The notes beneath the pieces were generated by a model. It was not told the origin of the DNA and did not search any database. It worked only from the letters and a program-made list of their open reading frames with translations. Shown here one piece after another: positions 25,900 through 39,981 of a stretch of 64,000 bases of DNA (its first letter is position 1; every line of letters begins with the position of its first letter). A program made the translations under genes and the position numbers. This DNA is from Ophelia neglecta. Its lineage: Eukaryota. The stretch covers positions 44,330,001 through 44,394,000 of the forward strand of contig OZ260662.1 in the NCBI GenBank assembly GCA_965285935.1. The letters are read 5' to 3'.

Positions 25900-28800
25900 T
25901 TCTACTATCACGATAGCTGGTAAACAATCTATTTACCAAATCATCTGTTATATGTACCAAGTGTTATGCCAAATAAAATGAATAAATGAAAATGAAAAAA
26001 CATTTAAAAATTCATGTGGTCCAGCTCATTTTAAACCAATTTGGTGGAAACCAAACAAGGGTATTGAGTGTTATATCCTTTCCTTAGTAATATATCTTAT
26101 TCTGGGCTTTCTCGTTTGTGAGCAGCAGCTGGTGGTTCCTGGTAATTCATGGGCTAATCTTCAAGCTGCTTTGTCTGCTTTGTTTTATTTTACTCATTTA
26201 TGCTAGAATCAATATATACTTGTTATAAAACTTGGCCAGACCTGTCAAAGATGCACAAAGAAGCGTTTTCTCAATTATGCCTTGTGCGCAGTATATGTTA
26301 TGCATGATTACTTCTCATCATGGCAACTATTTATGCAACCAATGAATATTACATACATCAGGTTGTCATGTCACAAACAGTAGTTATAAGATGCATTGGT
26401 GTCTCATATCTATTAGTAATATCCCAAAATTCTAAATTCAAGAGAATAGACAGACATGGACAGGACGGCCTAGTCTTAATCAGTTCTGGCAGTAACCAAA
26501 GGGGAATATTACTTCATATTGACATATTGTGTGCTGTCCGGTCAAAGGTTCACTGACAGCTCTGGAAACACTGGAAAATGAGTTCCATCATAGCTGCTTC
26601 TGTTGGATGACCTTGCTGTCAGTTGCAACAGGTTTCTGAATTAGTAGGCGTCACGACTAACGCCCCAAACAAATCAATAAACAGACCAGACTCAGTTTTA
26701 GACGTCGGGATCGACTAAGTGAACCCATCTCAACACAAAAGCGATTTCAGGTTTTCGTTATATTATTTGATTCACCCATATTTCAAAGAAATACCCGGGC
26801 ATGCATTGAACAGGGCTCCATATCTGATATGTCTTCACATAAGAACGACCTGCAAAGTTCAAAACCTGCACAGTCTCATCTATATCTTTTTGAAGTATTT
26901 TGGTCTGCCTTTTAGTACTTGAAAGTAAAAACATTCTGCACTATTCCATATAAATTGGTCTGTAAAAAAAGGAGTGTACGAAGACGACTGGGAAACAGAC
27001 AAACGTACATGATGCTAGATAACAGTGTAATGACCAGTTTTATGATTGACTAATTACTGGATCGAATATATGCATTTGGCCTGTATGATTTTTGCATCAT
27101 TCATTTTTTATGAAGCTGAACTCGTCAGAAAATGCAGATTGATGCAATAGCAGCATGCATGTTTTTTTCAGAAACTACAATGCGCTATGCATGAGTAAGA
27201 ATTCACAAGTGATATTTAGCGTGGATGTGAGCCTACTGTTTTTAACTTCACGGGCATTGTTTATTTTAACTCATACCTTTTTTTTGCATAATAGATATAG
27301 GTCTTCATTGTTAAACCCATTCGGGATTTTAATGTGGTGCATGTGGTGAAATTCAAAATGGCTTGGACTTGGAGGGTATTGTTTCTCTATCTAGATGGTA
27401 CTAATTGGTAAATGGTTGGTAGAGGTATTTTATTTCTTTATCTTTATCTTTATCTTCGTCTGCTACTCACAAAATAAGACAGTTATACCAGTCCATGAAG
27501 TTCGAGTAAACTTGTTTTCAGTGGCTGATCACGAGCCACAAAAGGATATAGAGATGGCTGTGCTCCAAATAAGCCTGTCAAATCTAATCTCAGTCCAATG
27601 TCACCCACTGACGTCTCCTGAAAGCTATCATGATTGTGATGAAGCAGTATCCAATCTCTTCAATGGAAAACCCATGACAAGTGTAGATTAAACAACTGAA
27701 CCATAGTATGACGTTGACATGAACGAGACAAAGGTTACTTTAACAGGCAAGGACAGAATGCAGATGAATCTCCCTTCATTGTGTACACCAATAGATACTA
27801 CCAAAGGGCATCTATGACTCGCCCTTGGACACTGACCAAACAATCTACGGGTATAATAATTCGCCAAAGCTGCTAAAAAATTCTCCATACTGATCTGTTA
27901 ATCTTTGCTGTATTACATTATGTGCTTCCTTACATTACTTTTCATATATAGAACTATATATTGAAACCCTAAGTTACATTTTGAGAAAATATTATCACAA
28001 TGTTGCCCGGGCAATAATCTCTTGCGGCACAAGCATACAGAATAATGCCGCATTGATTTTGAAAAACACTGTCATCCAGTTATGAGTGAAAGGTAGGTAA
28101 AGTAGTGGTAATTGGAAAAGTAGTGTCGGCCTACAGTGACTGCCAGATTGCGCATTATGCTTAAATTGCCAGAAATGCTCTTCGATCTCAGTAACTAATG
28201 TAATATAGAGCTGCATAAGTTCTGTTTCTCATATCAATATGTTTAAATTTTTGTTTTGTTTCATAAGTGATAATATAGATATTTTTATAGTGACAGAAAC
28301 AGAATATGCTAGTTAACCCACTACTCACTACTTAGCTACCCCTCACTCTTAAACTGGAAGTGATGCTTGTAACATAACAGATGTTCCCAGTTGGTTGGCT
28401 ATAAAAGCTCAATCCAGGAAAGAAAACATTTCATATAAAAATTGAATAATTTGCATGTGTTTGAGATAGAAAATATATCTTGAAGGGCGCTTTCGCTGGG
28501 GCAGATGGGAGCAGCACTGATGAGTCTTAATGCTTTCCTGAACAAACATGAATATGAAGATACATTTCACATGTATTGTGAAAGTTCCCCAGTTAATTTT
28601 TTTAAGGTTTTGGGCGCGGAATACCAAGTAAAAGTTGAACATTGCTTACGCTGAATTATAATTCTCAAGCCTCTAAGAAAATGCAAATTCAAACGTCGAG
28701 TAAATTTCTGATTGACTGTAAAAAGCTGTTACAAGGAAAATATAATTGACTCATTTATGTTGTTGGTTTACAAACTTGTGTTTAGGACCATGTGTTGATA

Positions 28801-29854
28801 CATAAAGACCCAAAACAAGGTACACTCCAAGAGATAGCTGACCAAAAACTTGGGAAGGTTAACCAACAAGTCAATTAATGGTATTATGTGATTTGTGTAC
28901 TATCCTGGTTTTTTTGAGAGAAAGGTAAAGGTTTTTATTTTTTCTTGCTTCTAGGATGCTAATAGTTTGAAATCACTCGATCAATGTTAAAAGAATGCAA
29001 CTTTCAATGGGAGACGACCAGCAAGAAGCATATGTACTTGCACTATTTTCTATTTTCCCCATTTTAAATCTAGCTAGCCTGCAAAATACTATTATGATCA
29101 AAACATCCAGGAAATGGTGACATTATTCTCCCTCCCTCCTAACAAATATTTGACAGGCACTGCCCCGGCCCCTAGGTGTTTACTAATGATTCCTACCGCA
29201 CACCATGCTAGAGAACCAAGCCTGACCTCACATGGCAAATGTCTCATTGACCTGACAACTGTCATACATATCCTCCCCTCGAGACCCCCTAACAAACAGG
29301 CCAACCTGTACATACATTGGGTACATCACGTCGCGAAAAATGAGATCGAGGAATTAGAAGTAAAGAGATTCTTTATCTCTTCCTCCTTCACATACTCGTA
29401 AGGATGTTGTTATCAAGCCCAAAAGCTGTATATTTACAGGCATTTTGACCAGCATTAAAACAAGGGACTTAAAGTACTTTATGGTCACCTATCAGGATGA
29501 TATCCATCGGTCCTTTTTTTGTTATCACATTGGTTAAAGTTTTATGTCATTTTAAGCCATTGGTACACAGCACGGTAATGAACCATGACCATGAAGACGC
29601 CCTGCCTACTGCAGGAGATCGGGGCTGGACATGCATAGCTGGCAGACAAACAAATCGTTTGTCGAGAATTGATTCTTTAATAAGAATTCGGTCTGTTTTT
29701 GCCAGGAACCGGTAATCGTATTCCCCAGATAAGAAAGCGAAAATAAAGTGGAAATAAAAATTGAATTAGAAAATAAACAGAAAAAAATATAACGAATGCA
29801 TTAACAAATGAGAGTCAAATTAAAAACAAATGAGTCAACGACCAAAAAGAAATG

Positions 29855-30036
29855 TGGCTTGAAGGCGTGTGGAACTTTATAAAGGATAGCTAGACAATGT
29901 GGTAATAAAAAGCACTAGAATCTGCGTCGGTTATGTACATAGCTTGGTTTAGAGTTTAACTAGAGTGAAGAGATACATTTAATAAATCTGTCTGGACGTT
30001 GCTATCCTTTTTAAGGTCCCACACGCCTTCAAGCCA
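29855..30036. mobile_element. MITE with 36-bp terminal inverted repeats
   Basis: TGGCTTGAAGGCGTGTGGAACTTTATAAAGGATAGC ... GCTATCCTTTTTAAGGTCCCACACGCCTTCAAGCCA (3 mismatches). Confidence 0.7.
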
Positions 30037-33000
30037 TACGCCATGTTTAGATACACCTAATATGCTGGCAAAAAAGGAAAGTTGCTATAAATTGATTTGA
30101 TGATTAATTGTGGATAATCGAAAACTTTCCAATCACGACTCCCAGCGTGCATTTAAAATGTTGCTTTTGGAAATGAAAATAGCTCTTATTGAGACCACTT
30201 AAGGTTCTGGGCTTTTACCGACAGCCTTATTATATGTTCAAGAAGCTTTTCTGTCTGGGGCTAAGAAACCCACAACCGACAAGTTTACCAACACTGAGGA
30301 AAGCCTCAAGCCATGAGGATGTAGTTGGTGGAGATTCCAATCAAAGGACTAACAGCAGTTATGGTCATGGAGCCCAAGTGCCGGAATAAATCAACATGAA
30401 AAGATGCCAACGGGGAAATTTCAACTAAAGCCATTGGCCGCTATGGGCCCTGCTTCCGACCAACTGTTACACTTTCCCTTCTTTTTATCTAAGTGGGTAA
30501 GTGCTAGTGGTTGAATTATGTATCCCAGCGTCCGAGCTTGTCCGACTGACCTAAATGCAGTTCCAGGACAGAAGCAGGAGTAAGGAGAATCTTTACAAAC
30601 AGAAAAAAACGGCTTGTATAGCTTGGTGACGATTTGTCTATGATATGGAATTGGAGTAACTCTGTTGGTTACTTAATCCGCTGTATTTAACTGCATTTCC
30701 TTCTTGCATTGCTTCCGCCTTAAAACGTGTGCTGTGGGCAACACTTCTCACCAAGAACTTAATAAAGTTATCAATTCATCAATAATGAGAAGTGGCTGCT
30801 GTTTTGAAAACTCGAGAAGACTCACTGGAAAATCAAATCACAAAAATATGTGTGTCCTGTGCCGCTTTTCTTGATACATCCATTAAGTCCTGCCCAATTG
30901 TTCATGGCCGATGAATGAGAAATTTAGAATAAATGGTTAATGGCTGCATGAAACCATATCCAAATCTCCCTTTCAAAATGCTCCCTTTATAAATTATACA
31001 ATCATTTCTAAGGCAGCCTGTTCAAAAGAAATGTGGGGTCCGGCAATTCAGAATAAAAAAACATTGACAACATCTTAAAAACGCGTGAACAGTTTCCAGC
31101 CGAATATAAATCGTTTCGCTTCTTTGCGAATTTATCTTTAAATATAAAAACAACAAAAGAGGCGATTCTAATTCAAGATGCTTTTCGAGGAGGCAAACGA
31201 ATCTGCACAACTGTGTCTCGACAAAACTAATTGCAGATCCACCGCTCTACAATAGCAGCTGGTCCTGGTACCATCTGCTGCTAGGCACTCTGAATTTGTT
31301 CAATCACCGTCTTGTATCTGCAGAATTGCATGTTTGAGATACTACTTGCTAAAATAAGAAGTAGCTGGAATTTACAGTGTTAAAAGGGGTTAGCACTGTC
31401 AAGTACCTTGCAGAAAAATCGGAGCGGTGTATTTGAAATAAATATTACTCGGGTGGTTATATTTATCAGATATGACAATTTTTGTATTACCTTTTAGTTA
31501 TCCCCTCGGTCGAGTAAAATATTATAAACTAAATTTTTTTTTTCACTTCCGATTCATGCATTATTTTCGGTTTGCGGGCACCTGCCACCAATACCCTTAG
31601 ACACTTGCAGAACCGATTTGTCTTATGTAATACATCTAGAGTTAAAAACTGGGAAAGAAAGAGAAAGGTGGACTTTGAAACAGCCTCGGAGAGTGATGAA
31701 TATGGAGAAGAGGATAAGTTCATAAAAAGAATGAGAAATTAAGGCGGTATGCCAGCAAAGGGAAGACGAAGTATGTAAGTAGGTACTAGGGAATCAGAAA
31801 ACCCACTCCCTCAAATCAAATGGAGGACAAAACATCACAATTAATTTTACTCAAGCGTTTCTGCTGAAATTTACCCATGAAATTTCAGTCTGACAATAAA
31901 ACCTGTTTGTTATACTTTTTATGAAATGCTAGATAAAGATAAAGAATATATTTTAGAAAATACAAAATATGTTAACTAGTAGATTTTGCTTGGATTTTCC
32001 ATAGCTTTTATACCCGCCACCTTTAGAAAATTGAATATCCTGCCATAAAAAACATCCAAATATCCGTTTAAGCGAAAAATATACATAACATTCTTCTCAA
32101 CTCTGGTAGTTAGCGTATAGGTAGGAAAAATTAAACCCAAAGTTAATGGAAATGCCTATTTTTATTTCCCTTGCAGTCGCTTTTTCCTTTCCACCTTAAG
32201 CTTCTGACATTACTGTACTTAAACAAGGTGGATTCCTTACACGATCGTTTGACTGTGTTAACTAGGCCTACTAGGCCTATCATTTGTCTAATTTGTCCCC
32301 AGTGTTGTTAGCACGTTCAAGCAAGATTAGATTCGCTAATTTCGCGAATAACTGATCGGTCACGATATTATATGTTGCTAATATAGCATTCACACGTCTA
32401 TATAGGGCCTGCACATCTCTAGCCACAAAATTAAATGACGCGGCGAGCTTTTTTTTTGTAAAAGCGCGAATTTTACCCGCCTGAACATTGTCAAAGTAAA
32501 AGTATACAGTTCTTTATATAGATTGTTTTTGTTATGCACTAGAAAAGGTGAATTACAAAAAGAGATTTATTAGTTACCGTCAAAGTAGCTGTAATTGTTC
32601 AGATTATAACGACTGAGACACACACAATCTATAAATTACAGAGGCAATGTTATTAAATTCAAATGTAAAGTATGCATAACTTTATGCTTTTCTGTATGCG
32701 TGCTGAACTTAACCAACGCTATCGTCAGACGGAATTGTAAGATGCCAAAAGACAATTACAAGCATAGTCCATTACTTTTATTGATTAGGCAACAGTAATA
32801 CCTACATATAATATACATCTTTGAATAAAAAGACGGTAAACATTAAACATTGGTGCTCTCTATAGGTTCCTCATTTATCAGAAATTAGTCAGAGTTGAAA
32901 CTCCTAGGTAAATCTTAACATCATATTGTTACTTATCACCACCAACACTTCAAACTCTCCGAATAAAATATCATCCGGCCATCAAAACCTACAATATGGG

Positions 33001-33883
33001 GCAAAAGTCACTAATTATTCTTGAATCAGCTCATTAATTTGACCTCATACTGTTATTGGTGAATTTTATAAGCCTTTCTAAGGGGTTCATAAGTAACCCT
33101 AGTTTATTTGTTCAGTGTTTAAAATAAAAGCCACTCGCCATTCCAAATTTTACTGAACGATTACAAAATTTAAGTTGTAAATATGCAGTTATGGTGTTTC
33201 ATGCTAATCATAACTCATTAATACATTAACTTTACTGATTATTACTAATAATAAGTTGATTCACATGAGACAGAAATAGTTTAAACTTCTGAGAGCCATT
33301 TTTCTGGTAAATGTGTATAACTTTGGCCTACGCATCTTTTATAACAATATAATCGTTATATGAAAACATTAGCTAATTAAATTGACCGGGAAAGTACAAC
33401 GGAAGGGAGGAGTGTGTAGTATGCATTGAGACGCTTTATTTAGAGATATTTAGGTAGATAAAGAAAAAATGAACACGTTTGAGATGAGACCTTCCAGCAA
33501 CTTCTCAAGTGAAACATTCGAAGCTTAATAATTAATGTGTTGAAGGACGCAATTTTGGCGATAAAATTCCATGTTATATATGGTTTGTATTTCCCCCTAG
33601 GCCTAGAAGGCTTGTCATTTTAGTCGTTACACTCATTCAAAACACTGGTAACTTGTAAATGAGCATTCTTACATTTTTTTTGTTCGATGAGTTACTATTA
33701 AGAATGTACACACATGGCCGCAAGCAGAAACGTGTATGTCTTGAATTAATAATAGTGAAATGAAATTATTCATACCATTTCTGTTTCTCAGTCGTCGCAT
33801 GCAAAGTGGATCGCTTTTGCCACTAAAGTGTACTTCATCTTATCTTTAACGCGACCTGAATATATATTAGCTCTTATTATACA

Positions 33884-33893
33884 TATATATAAA
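33884..33893 (+). promoter_or_regulatory. Candidate TATA box of gene A
   Basis: TATATATAAA ~100 bp upstream of the signal-peptide ATG at 33995. The background is AT-rich. Confidence 0.3.
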
Positions 33894-33994
33894 TTTTGCT
33901 CTTAGTTCTTGTGCAATTCTTGGACGCCGACAGACTTGGGTCAGTTGATGACTGTTAATATCCGATATATCTACTTCCGCGGCTTTGTTAGAAT

Positions 33995-35438
33995 ATGAGT
34001 CGATTGCATGTTTCGACATTTTGGACACTTTTTCTATGTTCACTGTTCCAGGACAATACAAAGGCACAAGGTAAGATTGTACAATGTCCTATACGGTGCA
34101 TAAGTTAGTTTATATCGCCATTAAATATGCCTAACATATAGATTAAATGTTCATAAGTTTCAAACGACTCTGATTCTTTCGTATAGTGGTTGTTTACATG
34201 TAATTCCATGGTATAATGTCTTTGCTTTTGTTGTACTATCATAGCACTTAGTTTTTATGCCGTTCGATCACTTTTACAGTCACTTGCCCGTCCACCGCTG
34301 GTCCTTCATTTATCCAGGATGCAAACCATGTTTGCCGAATGAGTGTTTGTGCTAATGGCGTGGCCATCCCCGGGGCCATCTGTCCGCCAGCGGACATGGT
34401 CCGAGCTATGGAAACTGCCGACCCAAACCTCTGCTCCCAATGCCGTATGTTCTGCTTGCTGTTACACAGCCTTATGTATCATACATATATTTATATATAT
34501 ATATATATCTTCATTCCCCTCCAATGTCTGGAGAGTTTATGAAAAGCTAGACAAGACAGTATGGTGGATATTCACAGCGAGGTGCATAACATGAATAATA
34601 CATATACATAATTCAAATCCATACATCAATGAATGAAATATTGGCAGAATGCCATAGCAATATCAGAACTGTTGGTTTAAGGTGAAGGAATAACAAAACA
34701 TAGAGAATAGAAAGGGGGCAACCATATTCCTATTATAGATCAGGTAATACTACAAGTCACATTCATCAAGTATATTTTACGTACACCATGAACATCCCGA
34801 ACACCTCGTTCAATGTATGAATTCATTTGTAATACATACATCAGACGGCTTGCTCGCTAATGCAAGACGTCGCAGCAGGAAATGGCGAAAATCATCGTCA
34901 ACGGTCAGGCACAAGCGTCTCTGGTCTCCTTTATCTGTCATATTACGTCATGCATCTCTATACAATACTGAGATCCTAATCTGAAACTTCATAATGATTT
35001 GAGAACCGCGTACTGCTTAAACAAGTCATATAATATTACTTTTTTTACCTCGCAAAAATACCTAAATCAGTTATATGTTGTTACAAACTATGTTTTGTGT
35101 CCATTCATTGGAGGTGTTGCCTCCTGAAAAGACGATGGCACATGCCTTAGTTCGTCCATGTTTTTAAAGCATTACACTAAACGCATCATCGGGAAATGTT
35201 TTAATAGTATTTTACAGTAATCTGCCAGCGCTGGATGAGATTCATGCCGGCCTGGTTCTGTGATAAGCATTTAGTTTGGCACAGAAAAACAACCTTACCA
35301 GTGGCTGGCTTTAAAACCATTGCTTAACTCTGGCTTGTGGCATTTCCTCTAACAAGCATCGAATCAATACCCTTGATAAACGGAGATGTAATAGTGTAAA
35401 TAAATCAAAATAACAATAATAATACTTATTATTATTAA

Positions 35439-35478
<40 letters not shown>

Positions 35479-37017
35479 AACAGATAATACAGATGATAAA
35501 AACAATTACAATAACACTTACTCAATGTAGCGCTCAGTGTCGCGATTATTTCACTAAGCCTTTGATTCAAACTGCAGTAAAATAATTTAAACATGTCTTT
35601 CCAAGGCAAGGGGACGTGTAATGAAGAGGGTATTGTTATTGTTTACTTTTTAATTAATTACTGCGCATGATATCTTATCCTATTTTGATAATAAAGACGA
35701 CAAAATACCTGTTTCTGATCAATTTTATGATTAGAAATCTACCAGCCATAAAACCGAATAGGCATTAAACCTTGAGTGATCTTACATACACAGAATACAC
35801 AGAGAGTCGGAACACTCACCTATTCGGAGGCACACTTCAGCAGTCGATCACCACCCTTAATGATTGTCTTCTAAGATGTGCCGTAGATGGAGTTTGCCAA
35901 GCGGTGGACTTTGACCGTCGAGGCGGCGGTTCCTGCTGGTTTCACTACGCTAATACTTCATGTTCAATGGAGAGTAGTAAACCTGAGTGTAAACATTTAA
36001 AATTTGTCAACTGTTGTAAGTGTGCAGCTTATCTGTTTTTAATCGTTTCTTTTCTTCAGATATAGTGAGATGATTTGGAAGCCCGAAAATCAATCAGGAA
36101 ATAATCCATTTCTATTATTCTTTAGCTACGACAACAACCTCAACCGCAACGTCATCCGCTACAACCATAACAGCCACTACCACATCCACTGCAACAGTGG
36201 TGACAACCACAATACCCACCACGACAACCACAGCACCAGTGGTGACAACCACAATACCCACCACGACAACCACAGCACCAGTGGTGACAACCACAATACC
36301 CACAACGACAACCACAGCACCAGTGGTGACAACCACAATACCCACAACGACAACCACAGTACCAGTGGTGACAACCACAACACCCACCACGACAACCACT
36401 ACACCAGTGGTGACAACCACAACAGCCACCACGACAACCACAACACCAGTGGTGACAACAACAACACCCACCACAACCACTACGGCAGGGGTGACAACCA
36501 CAACCCCAACCACGACAACTACTGCACCAGTGGTGACAACCACTTTATCCAATGGTTCGTACGAAAGACCAATTTGAAGGCAGTTGTTAGCTTTAGGAGC
36601 AATTCAAGCATGTTTAAAGCCCAGTCCCAATAGAATGGAGCAAATGATAAATGTATTTACATTTTAATTAAAGGCCAATGGTCCCGAATATTAAGTAAAG
36701 GAAGCATTATAACATCTAATTTCAAATACGCATGCCCACATTTGAGAACGAACTAATAAAGTGATGTTATTTCATTGACAGATATCTCCCAATCGCTAGA
36801 TATGCACATCTTAGGCGGCGTCCTTCAGGATGCAGCCATTGATACAGATATCAAATGTTTAATCGCCTGCATCAATGACGTCACAACTACATGTGCCGGG
36901 GTCGACTTCGACGGCAACACCAACCGCTGCTGGTTCCACACCACGGCAACCAAGTGTAACACACTGCTCGCGAAAGCAAACTGTTCAAACTACCGCCTGG
37001 GTGCTTGTACTGGGTAG
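33995..37017 (+). CDS. Gene A: secreted chitin-binding-like / PAN(Apple) / mucin / PAN protein, 375 aa
   Basis: Exons: 33995-34070 (signal peptide MSRLHVSTFWTLFLCSLFQDNTKAQ), 34280-34444 (6-Cys CBM14-like), 35794-36015 (PAN), 36126-36554 (Thr-rich) and 36782-37017 (PAN, TAG). All introns are GT-AG phase 1 and the joined frame is open for 1128 nt. AATAAA at 37044-37049. Confidence 0.88.
35427..35477. repeat. (ATT)n microsatellite in gene A intron 2
   Basis: Visible trinucleotide run. Confidence 0.95.
36197..36543 (+). repeat. Coding 42-bp tandem repeat ([14 protein letters not shown]), ~8 copies, mucin domain of gene A
   Basis: The unit GTGGTGACAACCACAATACCCACCACGACAACCACAGCACCA repeats nearly perfectly; one unit is 3 bp shorter. 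Confidence 0.95.
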
Positions 37018-38967
37018 ACTCTCGTTTGTACATTCGTTGAAATAATAAAGCTTTTAAATTGATATTTCTCTTTATGGGTATCCTGAAAATCACCCTGTAA
37101 TCTTTTACTTTGTGTCAAAACATTGGACCAGCGTTACACTACGTCACTTTTCAAATAACCAGGTATTTCACTTTGAACATGAAGCATTCTTGTACTGAAT
37201 TTAAAACTGTCAGTCAATTTTTCAATATTGTAGAGTAACACATAATTATATCTTCGATCTGAATGTTAAAGAGCTTAACATCCAAACGATTTCTAAGTAG
37301 ACGTAATTTCATTTCTTTCGTCTGTTTCCTTACCCATGCAAGTTGATGCAAATTTTGGCAGTTTGATATCAGCATAAACTTTTAAATACACTTCCATTCT
37401 GATTTATGAAGCATTATTTCTTCTTTTCTGTCAACGTGCTTCATTAAAATATTCGTAGTCTCTAAAAATCAAAAAAAAATTCTATAAAAACTACTATGCA
37501 CATTTGATGATGCCATATATCAATGTCGTTCGTAATCTATGAACAAACGAAGGAAACAGTATATATTTAGAGCTTTTCTAACAACCTATTTGGAACACTG
37601 CCTTCTTGATCCTAACCCCAACCCCAACCCTTGCTATGTTTACAATACCTTATATCTTGCTTCTGCATGAGTCTCGTATCTGCAATTTTGAATCAGATTT
37701 TACATTATTTCCTGTTCATGACCTTTATGCCTATAAAAATCTATCTCTCATCAAATAAACTATTGAGCACCGATCAATCAAATAAGTTGGTGAAAAGGAA
37801 AGTATCGATGTAAATGTACAGTGCTAAACTTTTCCGCATTCAATGTTGATTTGATATGTTAAGCCGTTTATTGTTATATAAATTTATAAGCAAACAAATT
37901 TTTCATATACATGTTTCATCATTCCCATGTAAAAGGGCAAAAATGGGATGAAAAATGATTATGCAATCTTCCTCATTTTTTTACTCCGCAAGACGTCCGA
38001 TATATTTTCTGAATATCGTTATGGTAAGACCGAGATGTAAGCACGTTTATCTGGGCAAAATTCGGGGGATTACGTAATCCCAAAATTAAATCGCCCATCC
38101 GAGAATTCTGCCAAAAGCTGTACAAGAAAAATGTATTGTTATTTTTGCGACAAAACTAATAATGCAGATTGTTCTTAAAGGTCTAGAGCCCAAAAATTTA
38201 TTATTGTAACTTATCAAGTTAATGTCGCTCATTTATCGGATGTACGGACTTTGAAGTACAGAATTTGATATAGAGGAAGTTAGGCTTATCAGGTTTCCAA
38301 ATTGATGTCAACACTAAATGAATAATTTTGTTACGGCTTCAATAGTTTAACCTTGAGGGTCGTGTAATACAGCATTCAAATACACCTTCTCAAATGGGTA
38401 GAAAGCAGATCACGATATAATAAATCAGCATAGAAAGCATGCTTTGAAATAAGCATTGCCAATCCGAAAAATTCTGTGCACTAAGTTTGGACGGGCGCTT
38501 CTCTTATGCGAATCGTTACATGAATGGTTTAGAATTTTTATTTTTTTATTTACATACATTAAACATAAAAACAAGTATGATAATTCTAATCAAATACAGT
38601 GTCTGTAGTTGAAACTTTTGTTCCAAATTGGTAAAATGTCTTTAAAATTAACAAGTTTTGAAAGTAACATATTCCAATACCTTAGTTTGCACATTGTTTC
38701 ATCAAGGCTAAATGATTTTGTCAGCATGGGACTAATATTGTTTTAACACCAGTTTACATAGATACTAGGCCTATACAAAATTATGCTTATTAGCACATTC
38801 CAAAATTTAGAATGGATGTTGTTACATGTGAATCCTAATACAAGATGTTTCCATTGTATGTTACAATTTATGCGTTCACCTATATAGATATCATTCTCTT
38901 CCACTACATTCTCCGTTTTTTCCGTTTTTCCGCTGATAAAAAATGCTTCCAATCTTCCAATTGTCTT

Positions 38968-39250
38968 CGTGCATCCGTTCTTCCAACAATTTTCCGTGCT
39001 TCCATTATTCCATTAAGTATCCGTGCCTCCGTTTTGTTAAAATATTTCTTCGTTCATACATTCTTCCTATGTTTTTTGTGCACACGTATTCCATTAATTC
39101 TACGTGTTTTCATACTTCCAACATTTCTTCCTCTTGTTATTCCATTCCTTCATAGTGCATCTGCTATTCCATTAATTATCCGTGCATCCGTAATTGCAAT
39201 ATTTCTTAGTGCATTCGTCTTTACAATAATTTTCCGTGATGCATCATTCT
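38968..39250. repeat. Degenerate ~27-bp minisatellite
   Basis: About 10 units resembling CGTGCATCCGTTATTCCATTAATTATC. Confidence 0.75.
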
Positions 39251-39483
39251 ACACACGTGTGGCCAGCGGGTCTGGATATAGGGTTTAACTCTTGTCCTTG
39301 CCCTCCTCACAGCTGTGCCCAAACGGCCTTTATTTAAATGACCGAACCCATAACTTAGTCATCCACCAATGCCAAAACCAGAGGGTCTGGTTACATAATT
39401 TAACCCTTGCACTAATCGTCCTTTAGATCCTCTCCCACGTGAGTGGCATGTCTAATGGTTGGTTTAAAGATCAAATTCGAGTT

Positions 39484-39720
39484 TTATGTTTCACCGTTGG
39501 TACCAAATAGTAAAGGGACGACCGAGGCGTATGTATCATTTGTGAAGGAAGTCCAGCATAGCGCAAAGCGGTAGCAGAGAAAAAAGTTATGACACGGTGT
39601 CTCACAATGACACAGTGGACTATCAATGCAGTGATGGTTAAACAGATGACAATATAAAGCGCTGCATCCCAGTCTCATTTGGGACAATCATATATTGAAG
39701 GGTCGTGAGCCCAGGCGGAA
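39484..39720 (-). mobile_element. Non-LTR retrotransposon ORF2 C-terminal fragment
   Basis: MRLGCSALYCHLFNHHCIDSPLCHCETPCHNFFLCYRF...LLFG matches the Cys/His-containing C-terminal tail typical of CR1/L2-related LINE ORF2. Confidence 0.7.
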
Positions 39721-39804
39721 GTAACGAGAAGGTGAGGGAGGAGCAGGATTTGGTTTAAGTTTAAAAACGTAAAGAGAAACAAGATGGTCAAATGGTTCTG
39801 ATAA

Positions 39805-39981
39805 CAGTGAAACCTGTAAATTAAGACCACCAAATGGACTGGAGAATACTGGCCTGATTTTAGAGGTGGTCGGTTTAGACAGGTTATTTAGCGTTGAAAG
39901 TATAAGCAACACTATCATATTGGTGGTCTGAATTGACAGGTGGTCTGATTATAGAGGTGTTCTTTAAGGCATGTTTCACCG
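39805..39981. mobile_element. Tc1/mariner (pogo/Tigger-like) MITE, copy 2
   Basis: Terminal inverted repeats CAGTGAAACCTG...CATGTTTCACCG followed by TA, with internal GGTGGTC subrepeats. Homologous to 24761-24932. Confidence 0.75.

Noticed and set aside
25630-25960. ORFs spanning the N run
   Set aside because: Assembly-gap artefacts.
26730-29040. Exon-like patches with good acceptors (e.g. ~27520, ~28955)
   Set aside because: I could not join them into an open frame; they may be a decayed transposon.
36070-36633. His/Asp/Asn-rich 187-aa ORF and antisense poly-Val or Trp/Leu ORFs
   Set aside because: These are alternative frames of the mucin repeat. Only the Thr frame fits the flanking phase-1 splice sites.
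38845-39288. 147-aa hydrophobic ORF resembling a membrane protein
   Set aside because: It arises from the 27-bp pyrimidine-rich minisatellite.
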